Shown here in pieces: positions 43,463 through 51,478 of a stretch of DNA of 54,998 bases. Both the position numbers and the translations under genes were made by a program. The notes under the pieces are model-generated. The model ran no database searches, had not been told where the DNA came from, and saw only the letters and a list, made by a program, of their open reading frames with translations. Numbering within the stretch: the first letter of the stretch is position 1; each line of letters starts with the position of its first letter. The stretch comes from an uncultured Candidatus Bathyarchaeia archaeon (GTDB lineage: Archaea; Thermoproteota; Bathyarchaeia; TCS64), in NCBI GenBank assembly GCA_964628765.1, contig CAZVMT010000001.1, positions 1 through 54,998 on the forward strand. Direction: 5' to 3'.

Positions 43463-43476
43463 CACATTCGAATGTG
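43463..43476. promoter_or_regulatory. Perfect 14-bp palindrome cacattcgaatgtg upstream of the holin-like gene RBS
   Basis: Self-complementary. It is preceded by a long hairpin, 43379-43396 paired with 43433-43450. Confidence 0.55.
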
Positions 43477-43492
43477 ATAGGGAGGCTTTACC

Positions 43493-43840
43493 ATGTGGGA
43501 AAGTGTTGCAGTATTTTTAGAAAAGGCGATCGGGTTGCTGACCAGTCAGCGCACGATTACTACCGCGATTGGCGTGATTGTGATCGTTGTAGTTGCTCAG
43601 CAAGCGTTCGCCCTGATCGGCGGGTTCGAACCCTGGCAGGATGTTGACGAAGCCGGACTCGAACAGCAGATCGCCACCGTACTTGGTGCGATTGCGACTG
43701 TGCTGATCGCCTTGCAGAAGATCGTCGATCTGGTCAAAACACTGGTGATTAGTGTTGAGACTGCGCCGCCTTCGCTCAAATCCGACTGGAAAAACCGCGC
43801 CGTGAATGCTGTACTACTCGACGCAACGCACGATCGGTAA
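43493..43840 (+). CDS. Holin-like small membrane protein
   Basis: GGGAGG RBS, 2-3 hydrophobic helices and a charged C-terminus. Confidence 0.5.
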   Translation: MWESVAVFLEKAIGLLTSQRTITTAIGVIVIVVVAQQAFALIGGFEPWQDVDEAGLEQQIATVLGAIATVLIALQKIVDLVKTLVISVETAPPSLKSDWKNRAVNAVLLDATHDR

Positions 43841-43857
43841 TTCCGCAATATGTGGAA
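43841..43857. promoter_or_regulatory. 17-bp palindromic motif, site 3, followed by a UUCG-capped hairpin at 43858-43883
   Basis: ttccgcaatatgtggaa. Confidence 0.6.
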
Positions 43858-43917
43858 AGCGCCCCGGCTTCGGTTGGGGCGCTACGTAAACCTAGCCAGG
43901 GCAGGGGAGTCAGCAGC

Positions 43918-44286
43918 ATGACACGTGAGAGAATTGCAAACGCCGGGTTGTTGCTTCTGCTTGCGGTGACGCTTGTCGGGTTCATGATCGCCACCATTCG
44001 CGGCTTCTCCCCTGACAACCAAACGCCAACCGCCGCCGCCACACCTACGCCGACCGCGACCGCGCTGAGCAGTCCGACACCGGAGGCGTGGCAGTGGTGC
44101 CGCGTGACCGCGCCTCTGCGCGTCCGCAACGGTTACTCGCTACAGGCGGACGTGTTGCGCGTGCTGGCGGTCGACGACGTGGTAGCCATTGACGCCAATG
44201 TGCGCCCAGTTGTGACGGATGGGTTCCGGTGGTTCCCGCTAGTCGCGGGCGGGTGGGTGGCTGAGGGGTGGATGGTGTGCGGGTAG
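43918..44286 (+). CDS. Membrane-anchored SH3b-domain protein with a PT-rich linker
   Basis: Signal-anchor LLLLLAVTLVGFMIATI, linker TPTAAATPTPTATALSSPTPE, and an SH3b-like C-terminus (RVRNGYSLQADVLRVL...GWV). Confidence 0.6.
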   Translation: MTRERIANAGLLLLLAVTLVGFMIATIRGFSPDNQTPTAAATPTPTATALSSPTPEAWQWCRVTAPLRVRNGYSLQADVLRVLAVDDVVAIDANVRPVVTDGFRWFPLVAGGWVAEGWMVCG

Positions 44287-44296
44287 GGACGCAAAA

Positions 44297-44315
44297 AGGC
44301 CCCGGTGTGGGGCCT
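44297..44315. terminator. Bidirectional terminator between convergent genes
   Basis: AGGCCCC-ggtgt-GGGGCCT flanked by an A5 tract and TT. Confidence 0.6.
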
Positions 44316-44332
44316 TCGGTAGGGCGGGGCGC

Positions 44333-44677
44333 TCAGCGGCGGTCTTCAATCATTGGCGTCATTTCCAGCCAATAATCACGAACGCTATCTGGTCTCTTTG
44401 TGCCGTATCGTTTATTGAGCAGATTTTCTTGTGTTTCGTGTTCCATAATGTGGTCTGCTGTTTTGAGTGCGTGCCACTTAGCGCGTGGTATCCATGCCTC
44501 AATTCTGCCGCTGCCATCACAGGTATTACAACAGTACAAGTCAACAGCACCGTTACCGAAACATTCAGGACAGAGTATACGGGTGCGGATGCACACGCGA
44601 TACATATGAGTACGCTTAACTTCAAGCACGGGATATTTGTCTTCTGGTATTCTACATCTGATATGAAGTTCACTCAC
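44333..44677 (-). CDS. DnaJ-type zinc-finger protein
   Basis: CPECFGNG...CNTCDGSG (two CxxCxGxG units). Confidence 0.6.
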   Translation of the reverse strand: MSELHIRCRIPEDKYPVLEVKRTHMYRVCIRTRILCPECFGNGAVDLYCCNTCDGSGRIEAWIPRAKWHALKTADHIMEHETQENLLNKRYGTKRPDSVRDYWLEMTPMIEDRR

Positions 44678-44698
44678 GTTCTTTATCCTTTTGTTTGC

Positions 44699-45076
44699 TC
44701 AGCGGCGGCGGCGTCCCCAGTACGCCTCGGCTGAGGCGCGGTCGATGCGGTATTCGCGGCCCGGCTTCGTTGCGACGATACGCCGCTCCCGGCACGCTTT
44801 GGTGACGGTGGCGATGGCCTTGCCGTACATCGTGGCGCATTCGGCAACCGTGAGCTTCTCGGCCAGTTCGTTCTTGGCTTTCTGTACCGCGTCGATAAAC
44901 GCTGCGCCAAATGCCAATGTCTGGCAATATGCGTGGTTGATGTCAACGTCGATGTTGCCCCAGCCGGGAACATACTCGACGTTCCAGCCCTCGCTAATCA
45001 GGATTTTAACGGCGCGCTCGGTGACTGCGGGCGCCTCATCGGTCATAGTATCGTCGATACGGTATACGTTACTCAT
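44699..45076 (-). CDS. Excisionase/MerR-like HTH DNA-binding protein
   Basis: LTVAECATMYGKAIATVTKACRERRI...YRI pattern near the C-terminus. Confidence 0.5.
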   Translation of the reverse strand: MSNVYRIDDTMTDEAPAVTERAVKILISEGWNVEYVPGWGNIDVDINHAYCQTLAFGAAFIDAVQKAKNELAEKLTVAECATMYGKAIATVTKACRERRIVATKPGREYRIDRASAEAYWGRRRR

Positions 45077-45186
45077 TGTGTCGCTCCTTCGCCCGTGTGG
45101 GCATTCGTTGGGTGCCTCGTGCCCCCACCGCTACCCGCTGTTGCCAGTGAGCAGGGGTGGGGCCGCGTGTGCGGCCCGGTGGGTGG

Positions 45187-45399
45187 TTAGTTGCTCATGC
45201 TTTCGGCAACTTCGGCGGCGATTGTAGCCGCGTTCTTTTCAACAAAGTCGAGGAAGGCCATCAGCGCATTGACTTCACCGAGATTTTCTTCTACGAATTT
45301 CGCGGTAGCTTCGGTGCCAATTTCTGCAACCATTTTGTCGATAATCATTCCGCGAATTTTGATTCCGTTTTCTGTCAGTTTGTGTGTTTTGTTAGCCAT
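45187..45399 (-). CDS. Hypothetical small protein
   Basis: GGAGCGGGA RBS. First gene downstream of the consensus minus-strand promoter. Confidence 0.6.
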   Translation of the reverse strand: MANKTHKLTENGIKIRGMIIDKMVAEIGTEATAKFVEENLGEVNALMAFLDFVEKNAATIAAEVAESMSN

Positions 45400-45437
45400 T
45401 GTCCCGCTCCTGTGTGTTTGTTCCTGTCTATGATTAC

Positions 45438-45466
45438 ATTATAGTAGTTTTCGTGCTACTTGTCAA
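45438..45466 (-). promoter_or_regulatory. Consensus sigma70 promoter on the minus strand (TTGACA-17-TATAAT)
   Basis: The reverse complement of 45438-45466 reads TTGACA agtagcacgaaaactac TATAAT. Confidence 0.7.
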
Positions 45467-45488
45467 GTAGTTCTGCGCTACCTAAACT
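45460..45488 (+). promoter_or_regulatory. Divergent plus-strand promoter (TTGTCA-17-TAAACT) overlapping the minus-strand -35
   Basis: Hexamers and spacing read directly. Confidence 0.45.
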
Positions 45489-45531
45489 AAACCTTAACTA
45501 TCTCAACTATATGTCAACCAAAGGAGTCACC

Positions 45532-46659
45532 ATGTCCTACCGCCGCTCACCCATCGGTCTCCACCTGACCACGCGCTTCCCTGGCGACGACCTCAATCAG
45601 CCCGCCGGTCACGGCGTGTACCACTGGTTAGCCGCGCTGCAACCGGCGTGCATCGTGGTCAACAACAACGCAGAGATAGCGGCGCGGCTGGCGCGTGAGT
45701 ATCCGCAGATGACGGTCGTGTACAGGATTCACGAACGCTTCGACGGTGCGGCCACCGACGACGATTCGCACCGTCACGAAACCGCCGCGCAGACGGTGGC
45801 GCGCATGAAAGCGAAGGCGACGGCGTATGGGATACCGCTGGATGCCAACGTGTGGTTTGCGTTCAATAACGAGCCGACTTATACCAACGAGGCCGCGCCT
45901 TACGATGACTTGCAGCTAGTCGTCAACCATGCCATCGGTGTATACCATCTGGCAGCGGCGGCGGGGATGCACGTTGCAGGCCCCCATTTTGGCGTAACGC
46001 ATCCTGACACCAATGACCAGCGCACAATGGGTATTCTGGCCCCGATGTTTGCGGCGGCAATTGAATGTGGCGCGTTGGTTGGCCTCCATCTATACAGCCC
46101 TGGCCCGACAATGCCGCGCACGATACCGACACCGAACGGAGACTGGATTATCAATGAGACATGGTGGTCGCGCATCCCGGCGGCTATCATCGATCGGTAT
46201 CCTGGCATCAGGTTTGTGTTATCTGAAATAGGCGACGAAAACATTGCCAACGTGCCCGGCAGCGGTACGTACAAACAACTAGGTATCGATGGCGCTACCT
46301 ATGCCAAGCGCCTCACGGAATGGCTATGGGATATGGTGCTTGCGCCAATGGCTGATAATATTGTTGGTTGCTGCCTGTACTGTTTCGACGAAGATGGAGA
46401 CCCGACGACAAGCCGCTGGAACGCCTGGGATATTAGAGGCAGCGACGGCGTGCGCGATACGCTGGCGGCGTGGGTACCCGTGCGCGGGGCGGGGGAGTTG
46501 CCGGTGCCAGCGGGTGAGCCGGAACCGGTGCCGGAACCGGAACCGCCCGCGCCTGTTCCGGTGTGGCATGGTTGGGCGCGGGCATTGGCGGCTTGGTTGC
46601 GGCGGGCTGCGGATTGGTTGGAAAAACTAGCTACCAGTTATCCCAACCGTTTCGCTTAA
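45532..46659 (+). CDS. Clan GH-A (GH5-like) glycoside hydrolase with a Pro/Glu linker and a C-terminal amphipathic helix (candidate lysin or depolymerase)
   Basis: AAAGGAG RBS. FAFNNEPT (acid/base NEP), GLHLY and VLSEIGDE (nucleophile). Linker PEPVPEPEPPAPVP, then WHGWARALAAWLRRAADWLEKL. Confidence 0.6.
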   Translation: MSYRRSPIGLHLTTRFPGDDLNQPAGHGVYHWLAALQPACIVVNNNAEIAARLAREYPQMTVVYRIHERFDGAATDDDSHRHETAAQTVARMKAKATAYGIPLDANVWFAFNNEPTYTNEAAPYDDLQLVVNHAIGVYHLAAAAGMHVAGPHFGVTHPDTNDQRTMGILAPMFAAAIECGALVGLHLYSPGPTMPRTIPTPNGDWIINETWWSRIPAAIIDRYPGIRFVLSEIGDENIANVPGSGTYKQLGIDGATYAKRLTEWLWDMVLAPMADNIVGCCLYCFDEDGDPTTSRWNAWDIRGSDGVRDTLAAWVPVRGAGELPVPAGEPEPVPEPEPPAPVPVWHGWARALAAWLRRAADWLEKLATSYPNRFA

Positions 46660-46936
46660 AAACCTTTTCTATTTCAAAATCAGCGCCAACAGCCTCGATT
46701 TCTGATGTGACTGGAATATACAGGATGTTATCTTGTGGTTTGTGTTTGTGTTTGTCGAAGTCGTTAGCAAACATTAATCCCGGAATTGATGTCTCCCAGT
46801 ACCATGCCGGATAGTCGCCATACAATCGACGCACTACTGACACCTCGGTTTGCGGTGTAATCACGTTGGCATCTATTGCATCCCGTAAGGCGTCAATTAA
46901 ATCCTGTACCGTATTAATTGATGTATCTACTGACAT
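46631..46936 (-). CDS. Hypothetical protein
   Basis: AAAAGGGTAAG RBS. Convergent overlap with the hydrolase gene. Confidence 0.55.
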   Translation of the reverse strand: MSVDTSINTVQDLIDALRDAIDANVITPQTEVSVVRRLYGDYPAWYWETSIPGLMFANDFDKHKHKPQDNILYIPVTSEIEAVGADFEIEKVFKRNGWDNW

Positions 46937-47044
46937 CTTACCCTTTTCATTTCACTAACCCGCGCCTATGTGGTGGCAACGGGCGGCGTTAAGGCTGGCC
47001 GCGTGGTTCAGGTGGTGCGCGGCGTGGTTGGAGCGGGTGGCAGG

Positions 47045-47599
47045 CTAATCTATCAGCCCGGCAGATTTTTGATAATCGGTATAAGATACACCTCGCAAAA
47101 CCAGACTGATGGAGTTTCTGCTCACACTGTAACGTGCGCTTATTTCACAAAGAGACATGCCATTTTCTGAAAGCCTGTGTATGTTTTTAATATCTTCTGG
47201 TCTAAGTTTGCTTTGTGGCTTATCAAATTCAGTTGGTAACGCGGCTATTGCGTTAGTCCGTATTGGCTGTAGCCTAAGATTACACGGGCGCATATCGTCA
47301 CTACTGCCAATAAAAACGACCTCCATGTCGTCCGGGATTTTCCCGACGAACACTGTGTAAACAAGACGGTTGATTCCAATCTGCTTTTGTCCCCCGTCTT
47401 TGCATAATGTATGCGCCCACTTATTTGTTGGATTAGACGGTTTTAGTAAACGGCCTTTAAGTCTGTGACCATTAGCCGAAAGACGATCAAGTGATTTGAC
47501 ACGCCCAATATTGGATATAATGTATATACCCTCATAGTCGGGAATTGGTCGCCATACCTCGCCCGATATATACCCCTTGCGGCTTTTGAAGTTGCCCAC
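47045..47599 (-). CDS. HNH homing endonuclease (NUMOD4 N-terminus, C-terminal HTH)
   Basis: WRPIPDYEGIYIISNIGRVKS is a NUMOD4 signature. Low-GC gene. Confidence 0.75.
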   Translation of the reverse strand: MGNFKSRKGYISGEVWRPIPDYEGIYIISNIGRVKSLDRLSANGHRLKGRLLKPSNPTNKWAHTLCKDGGQKQIGINRLVYTVFVGKIPDDMEVVFIGSSDDMRPCNLRLQPIRTNAIAALPTEFDKPQSKLRPEDIKNIHRLSENGMSLCEISARYSVSRNSISLVLRGVSYTDYQKSAGLID

Positions 47600-47745
47600 A
47601 TTTGACTCCCCTCACTCAACTATGCCACACTATCGTTACATACTCGCCAAGCCTCTACCCTACCGGGCACGCTCAAATGTGGCGGGTTTTGCTCACCTAC
47701 CATGTGTAGGCAGAGCAACGGTTGCGCTGTTTGCGCCGCCAGCAG

Positions 47746-47775
47746 GCCCCCGCAAACGCGGGGGCTTTTGCTTTT
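47746..47775 (+). terminator. Plus-oriented intrinsic terminator inside the minus-strand block
   Basis: GCCCCCGC-aaac-GCGGGGGC followed by TTTTGCTTTTG. It shares cttttgtggcgtctgg with 48122-48137. Confidence 0.6.
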
Positions 47776-47786
47776 GTGGCGTCTGG

Positions 47787-48008
47787 CTAGCGCGGAATTT
47801 CGATCCAGCGCTTAACCGTATGCCTGCCCAGGTCGCGGGGCAGGCCGAAGCTGCCTGCCGGATGCGAACCGACACAAGTGCCGACTTCGGAGAACAGCGT
47901 TGTAGTATCGGTGTTGTTCTCGATTTCCTCAACCCACACACGCAGCGGGTTTTTGTGCGGACACTTTGCCAACTCACTACGATATACACCTACGAGATAT
48001 TTAAACAT
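47787..48008 (-). CDS. Hypothetical protein
   Basis: AAGGAGAG RBS. Confidence 0.55.
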   Translation of the reverse strand: MFKYLVGVYRSELAKCPHKNPLRVWVEEIENNTDTTTLFSEVGTCVGSHPAGSFGLPRDLGRHTVKRWIEIPR

Positions 48009-48089
48009 TTGCTTCTCTCCTTATATATGCTACACTCACTCTTGGCGAAAGTCGGCCCCGTGCCGTGCGCTCGGTAACCGAGCCTAGCC

Positions 48090-48126
48090 GCATCTGCCCC
48101 CGCGTTGTGCGCGGGCAGATGCTTTT
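48090..48126 (+). terminator. Plus-oriented intrinsic terminator, second copy of the module
   Basis: 10-bp stem GCATCTGCCC/GGGCAGATGC followed by TTTTG. Confidence 0.6.
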
Positions 48127-48137
48127 GTGGCGTCTGG

Positions 48138-48383
48138 TTAGGGTCCGTCGTAGAGATAAGATCGCAAGGGGTCGAGCAGGTTGTTTGCTTCTTTTCGGAT
48201 GCGCTTGGCGTTATCCTGAGGCTCTGCGTCACCCATACGTGAAGCGGCGCTATCGGCCATGTAAACCGCCGCCTCAAAGTATTGAGCCGCGCCAATAGGA
48301 TCGCCATTGCGTTGAGCTTGATACCCCAGACCGATTAACCAGTTCGCTAACCACATCATTCGCTTAAATTGTTCCATTTGCAT
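48138..48383 (-). CDS. Hypothetical protein
   Basis: GAGGAA RBS, preceded by a TATAGT -10-like box. Confidence 0.6.
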   Translation of the reverse strand: MQMEQFKRMMWLANWLIGLGYQAQRNGDPIGAAQYFEAAVYMADSAASRMGDAEPQDNAKRIRKEANNLLDPLRSYLYDGP

Positions 48384-48409
48384 TCCTCATTCAACTATAC
48401 TGCGCCACT

Positions 48410-48655
48410 CTAGATCGTTGGAGCGTTCGGCGGGTTTTGGGTTTCCTCCGCCGCCACTAGATATGCCACATGGCCGCGCCGCCGCAGTTCGTCAGCCAGT
48501 TGCTCGGACGTGAAAGCTTCAATCGCTGGCGTTACGTGGTGCCATGTGCCGGCATCATCGGTGCCGAAAACCGTATCGCGCACGTACTTCTCGATTGCGA
48601 TGTCGGTTGCTGTTGGCTGGTTTAACCAGCGCCAAAAACGCCTGAATATCGCCAC
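48410..48655 (-). CDS. Hypothetical protein (GTG start)
   Basis: GGAGGA RBS before GTG at 48655. Confidence 0.5.
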   Translation of the reverse strand: MAIFRRFWRWLNQPTATDIAIEKYVRDTVFGTDDAGTWHHVTPAIEAFTSEQLADELRRRGHVAYLVAAEETQNPPNAPTI

Positions 48656-48656
48656 G

Positions 48657-48965
48657 TCAATCCTCCATGTCGCTTTCAGGACCGCCGCCAACATCCAGGG
48701 CGGTCGGCGTATACGTAGCGCTGTCAGTAGCGACCATCTCAATATACGACCGCATTTGTTCTACCAGCGCCTCCAATTCACGGGCACTATCCAGCAGCAC
48801 TCGCCTGATCTGCTCGTCACCGACTTGCGCGGCGGCGTCCGCCTCTGCTACCAATGCGGCACGGAACATGACACCCGCTGCGCTGCGGTTGTAGGCACGG
48901 CGATAGATGTGTCCCTGCTCGGTCAGGAGCATGGCCAGATCGTGCAATCGCTTAGGTACGGTCAT
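48657..48965 (-). CDS. Hypothetical helical protein
   Basis: The ATG overlaps the end of the upstream gene. Confidence 0.55.
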   Translation of the reverse strand: MTVPKRLHDLAMLLTEQGHIYRRAYNRSAAGVMFRAALVAEADAAAQVGDEQIRRVLLDSARELEALVEQMRSYIEMVATDSATYTPTALDVGGGPESDMED

Positions 48966-49224
48966 CGTCGCTCCCGTTTCGCACCTTGTACAACAAATCC
49001 TCGGCCAGCGCAATCGCCGCTGTCAGCGCCTCACGCAGCGGTTCCACCAGCGCCGCGTCCGCTTCGGTTGCGCGAATGTCCAGAATGTCGATCACGTCTT
49101 GGATACTGTTGCGCACATCCTGTATCTCGTAATCGGTAATGCGGCCATCGTCGTCGGCATCGTACCGCGCCCAATCGCTGTCACTGCCGGGTGGCATGTT
49201 GTAGTACGAATCACGAATGGTCAT
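48952..49224 (-). CDS. Hypothetical acidic protein
   Basis: ORF in the operon array. Confidence 0.55.
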   Translation of the reverse strand: MTIRDSYYNMPPGSDSDWARYDADDDGRITDYEIQDVRNSIQDVIDILDIRATEADAALVEPLREALTAAIALAEDLLYKVRNGSDDDRT

Positions 49225-49493
49225 TGTTTAGACTCGCTTTCACTGGTATCAGGGGCAATCGCTCTTGCCGCAATATCACCGCAAAGATTCATCACAACAC
49301 TGTAACCGCCATTGCCAACCGACAATTCCGACAATTCGGCAATGTCGCACAGCGCACCAATCAGGCGCGAACGCTCTTTGCGTAACCAGTCGATTTCGTT
49401 CAAAAGCGTTTGCACATCATCGATACCAATAAAGGTACCGTTTTCGACAGACTCACGAAACCTATTGTAATCTCTGATACTTAGCTTCATCAT
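49221..49493 (-). CDS. Hypothetical protein (C-terminus ...SESESKQ)
   Basis: ATGA-type coupling to its neighbours. Confidence 0.55.
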   Translation of the reverse strand: MMKLSIRDYNRFRESVENGTFIGIDDVQTLLNEIDWLRKERSRLIGALCDIAELSELSVGNGGYSVVMNLCGDIAARAIAPDTSESESKQ

Positions 49494-49768
49494 TCACTCT
49501 CGCTTTCGTTAGCAGCGGACTGAGTAGGCGCGGGCATAAACTGACACTGGACGCGGAACAGCGTATCGTCGCCATCAGTCATCACTGCCAGCGGTTCCCC
49601 GGTTTCATCGTCCGCATTCAGGTAAATTCCAACCGTTACCGCGCCAGTGTCATACACATCGACATGAACAACCCCAAGCGGCGTGCGAATTTGCACACCG
49701 TCGCGGTGCATAAAGCAGTCCGGCGTGATCCTAACATCCACTACTGCAATCTGTGATTTAGCCATCAT
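49490..49768 (-). CDS. Hypothetical protein (C-terminus ...ANESESE)
   Basis: Coupled start. Shares the 23-bp junction repeat. Confidence 0.55.
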   Translation of the reverse strand: MMAKSQIAVVDVRITPDCFMHRDGVQIRTPLGVVHVDVYDTGAVTVGIYLNADDETGEPLAVMTDGDDTLFRVQCQFMPAPTQSAANESESE

Positions 49769-49995
49769 TCACTCTCGCTTTCGTTGGCGGCAACAAACTC
49801 GTTACCAGCCTCGTTACCTAAAATTCTACCAATCACCGCGCCGCAGCGCTCGTGAATAGCATCCATTACAATGCGGCAGGTTTCCTGTGTCGGGTACGGG
49901 CCATAGTACCGCCCGTTCCATAACAGCCACCATTTGCCGCCAGCCTTTGTGTAAGATGCACCGTTGAACATCCCGTGTGTGTATTCGTTCATCAT
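49765..49995 (-). CDS. Hypothetical protein (C-terminus ...ANESESE)
   Basis: Coupled start. Shares the 23-bp junction repeat. Confidence 0.55.
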   Translation of the reverse strand: MMNEYTHGMFNGASYTKAGGKWWLLWNGRYYGPYPTQETCRIVMDAIHERCGAVIGRILGNEAGNEFVAANESESE

Positions 49996-50394
49996 TCACC
50001 CCTTCAGGTACTCGTTTATGCGATGCGTGACCCAATATCGAATATCGTCAAAAACAAAGTCTTCTTGATCAGCATGATTATCATTGTCAAACCAACCAAC
50101 AGAAATGTTGAGGCACTGATACTGTTGACTGGACCAGAACTCTATTGGTGATGGCAGGCCGCTGTCGTAAACTGACGTTTGCTTGCTATCGTAAATGGTA
50201 ACGGCAAACGCGGGATTATCCTTATCCCGACTATCCCAAAAGTGATAGAGGCGGGTTACCTTTTTCGACTCTTTGGCGGCCAAAGGCACTCCGCCACCGA
50301 AACGACCAACAAAGTCGCACGGTCGAACGTAAAAGTGGCCAATTAGATATTTTGACGGTCCCGCTTGTTTGGTTTGCTGGTACGATCCCATCAC
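49996..50394 (-). CDS. Hypothetical protein
   Basis: AAAGGGG RBS. Confidence 0.55.
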   Translation of the reverse strand: MMGSYQQTKQAGPSKYLIGHFYVRPCDFVGRFGGGVPLAAKESKKVTRLYHFWDSRDKDNPAFAVTIYDSKQTSVYDSGLPSPIEFWSSQQYQCLNISVGWFDNDNHADQEDFVFDDIRYWVTHRINEYLKG

Positions 50395-50482
50395 TCACCC
50401 CTTTCAGGTGTTTATTGCATTTTTTGAATGCTTGTTTCTTATCCAACACGTTATAGGTAACATATTATGAAAGTGATACGAA

Positions 50483-51007
50483 TTATCTTACATAGGTTTT
50501 GCCGGATACGATGTTGTTTATGCAGGTAGGTGTAACTTCATACTCGCGTGCCAATTCCGCTTGGGTCACTTGAGGGTTTTGGATTCGGTTGCGAATATCA
50601 TCAGCCTGTTCCCAAGACAATTTTGCCGCGTAGTTGTCAGCCCCCCGCTGTCTCCGAAACTGCATATTCTGTTTACGAGTAAACAATCGCAAGTTCTCTG
50701 GTCGGTTATCATCACGCACTTTGTTGATGTGATCGATTTCCATTGGCGGTGCAATTTCGCCAATGAACGTCATGTATACCAGTTGATGAGCATAAAAATG
50801 CTGCCTCTCACCACCCCGGCAAAGGTTGTAACCGTGATATCCGTTGATGTTTGACGGCTTGAGAATACGTTCTTTCAGGTGGCGACCTACTGAGCTAACC
50901 CGCGTCAATGCTTTAACGCGCCCGGTGTTGGACACCTGATAGATACCCTCATAACCAGGCACGTCGCGCCATTCTTCCTGTAGCTCCTGGTATCGTTTTT
51001 CGTTCAT
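50483..51007 (-). CDS. HNH homing endonuclease (NUMOD4 N-terminus)
   Basis: WRDVPGYEGIYQVSNTGRVKA, an HNH-like H...N...H region, and a C-terminal HTH. Confidence 0.75.
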   Translation of the reverse strand: MNEKRYQELQEEWRDVPGYEGIYQVSNTGRVKALTRVSSVGRHLKERILKPSNINGYHGYNLCRGGERQHFYAHQLVYMTFIGEIAPPMEIDHINKVRDDNRPENLRLFTRKQNMQFRRQRGADNYAAKLSWEQADDIRNRIQNPQVTQAELAREYEVTPTCINNIVSGKTYVR

Positions 51008-51010
51008 TGG

Positions 51011-51478
51011 TTAGTCCTCCGCCAACTCGAACCCCAACACCCACACCTCGACGCCGGAGGCAAAGCTACCCGCGCCGTGAATTTCGTCCCACGTCATAGC
51101 GAATTCTTCAACTGGTGTAACCGGGTTACACCATGTTTCCCCGCTTGGACCATGCGAAATTACATCATACCCGGTAAACCCCTCCGACACCGCACCCGCT
51201 TCGGTGATAGCATTCACTGGTTCACGCTTGATGCTGGTGAGTTTGAAGCGCGCGACCGCCTTTTGCCCGCGCCCTGGTTGCACCGCGTAGGTGTTGCCAA
51301 CGCGCCACTTGACCCCATTGTTTGAGTAAAAGTGGACGGCGCGTATCACTGGGCTATCTACGAATACGCCAAAGTTATTATACGATGACATCTCGGCCCA
51401 CTCGGTTTGTTTAACCGGGCGGCGCGTTTCCGACTTGGTACCATTGAGTACCCACTGATATGTTTTTGCGAATTGCAT
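51011..51478 (-). CDS. ASCH (PUA-like) domain protein
   Basis: LNGTKSETRR, RVGNTYAV and ITEAGAVSEGF pattern. Confidence 0.6.
   Translation of the reverse strand: MQFAKTYQWVLNGTKSETRRPVKQTEWAEMSSYNNFGVFVDSPVIRAVHFYSNNGVKWRVGNTYAVQPGRGQKAVARFKLTSIKREPVNAITEAGAVSEGFTGYDVISHGPSGETWCNPVTPVEEFAMTWDEIHGAGSFASGVEVWVLGFELAED

Noticed and set aside
43852-43917. Upstream start 43852 for the SH3b protein gene
   Set aside because: This stretch contains the 17-bp palindrome and a UUCG hairpin. ATG 43918 has a GGGAG RBS and begins with a typical signal-anchor.
44691-45227. Plus-strand ORFs in the minus-strand block: 44691..45227 (178 aa), 47577..48077 (166 aa) and 48510..49139
   Set aside because: They overlap RBS-supported minus-strand genes and terminator hairpins, and their composition is low-complexity.
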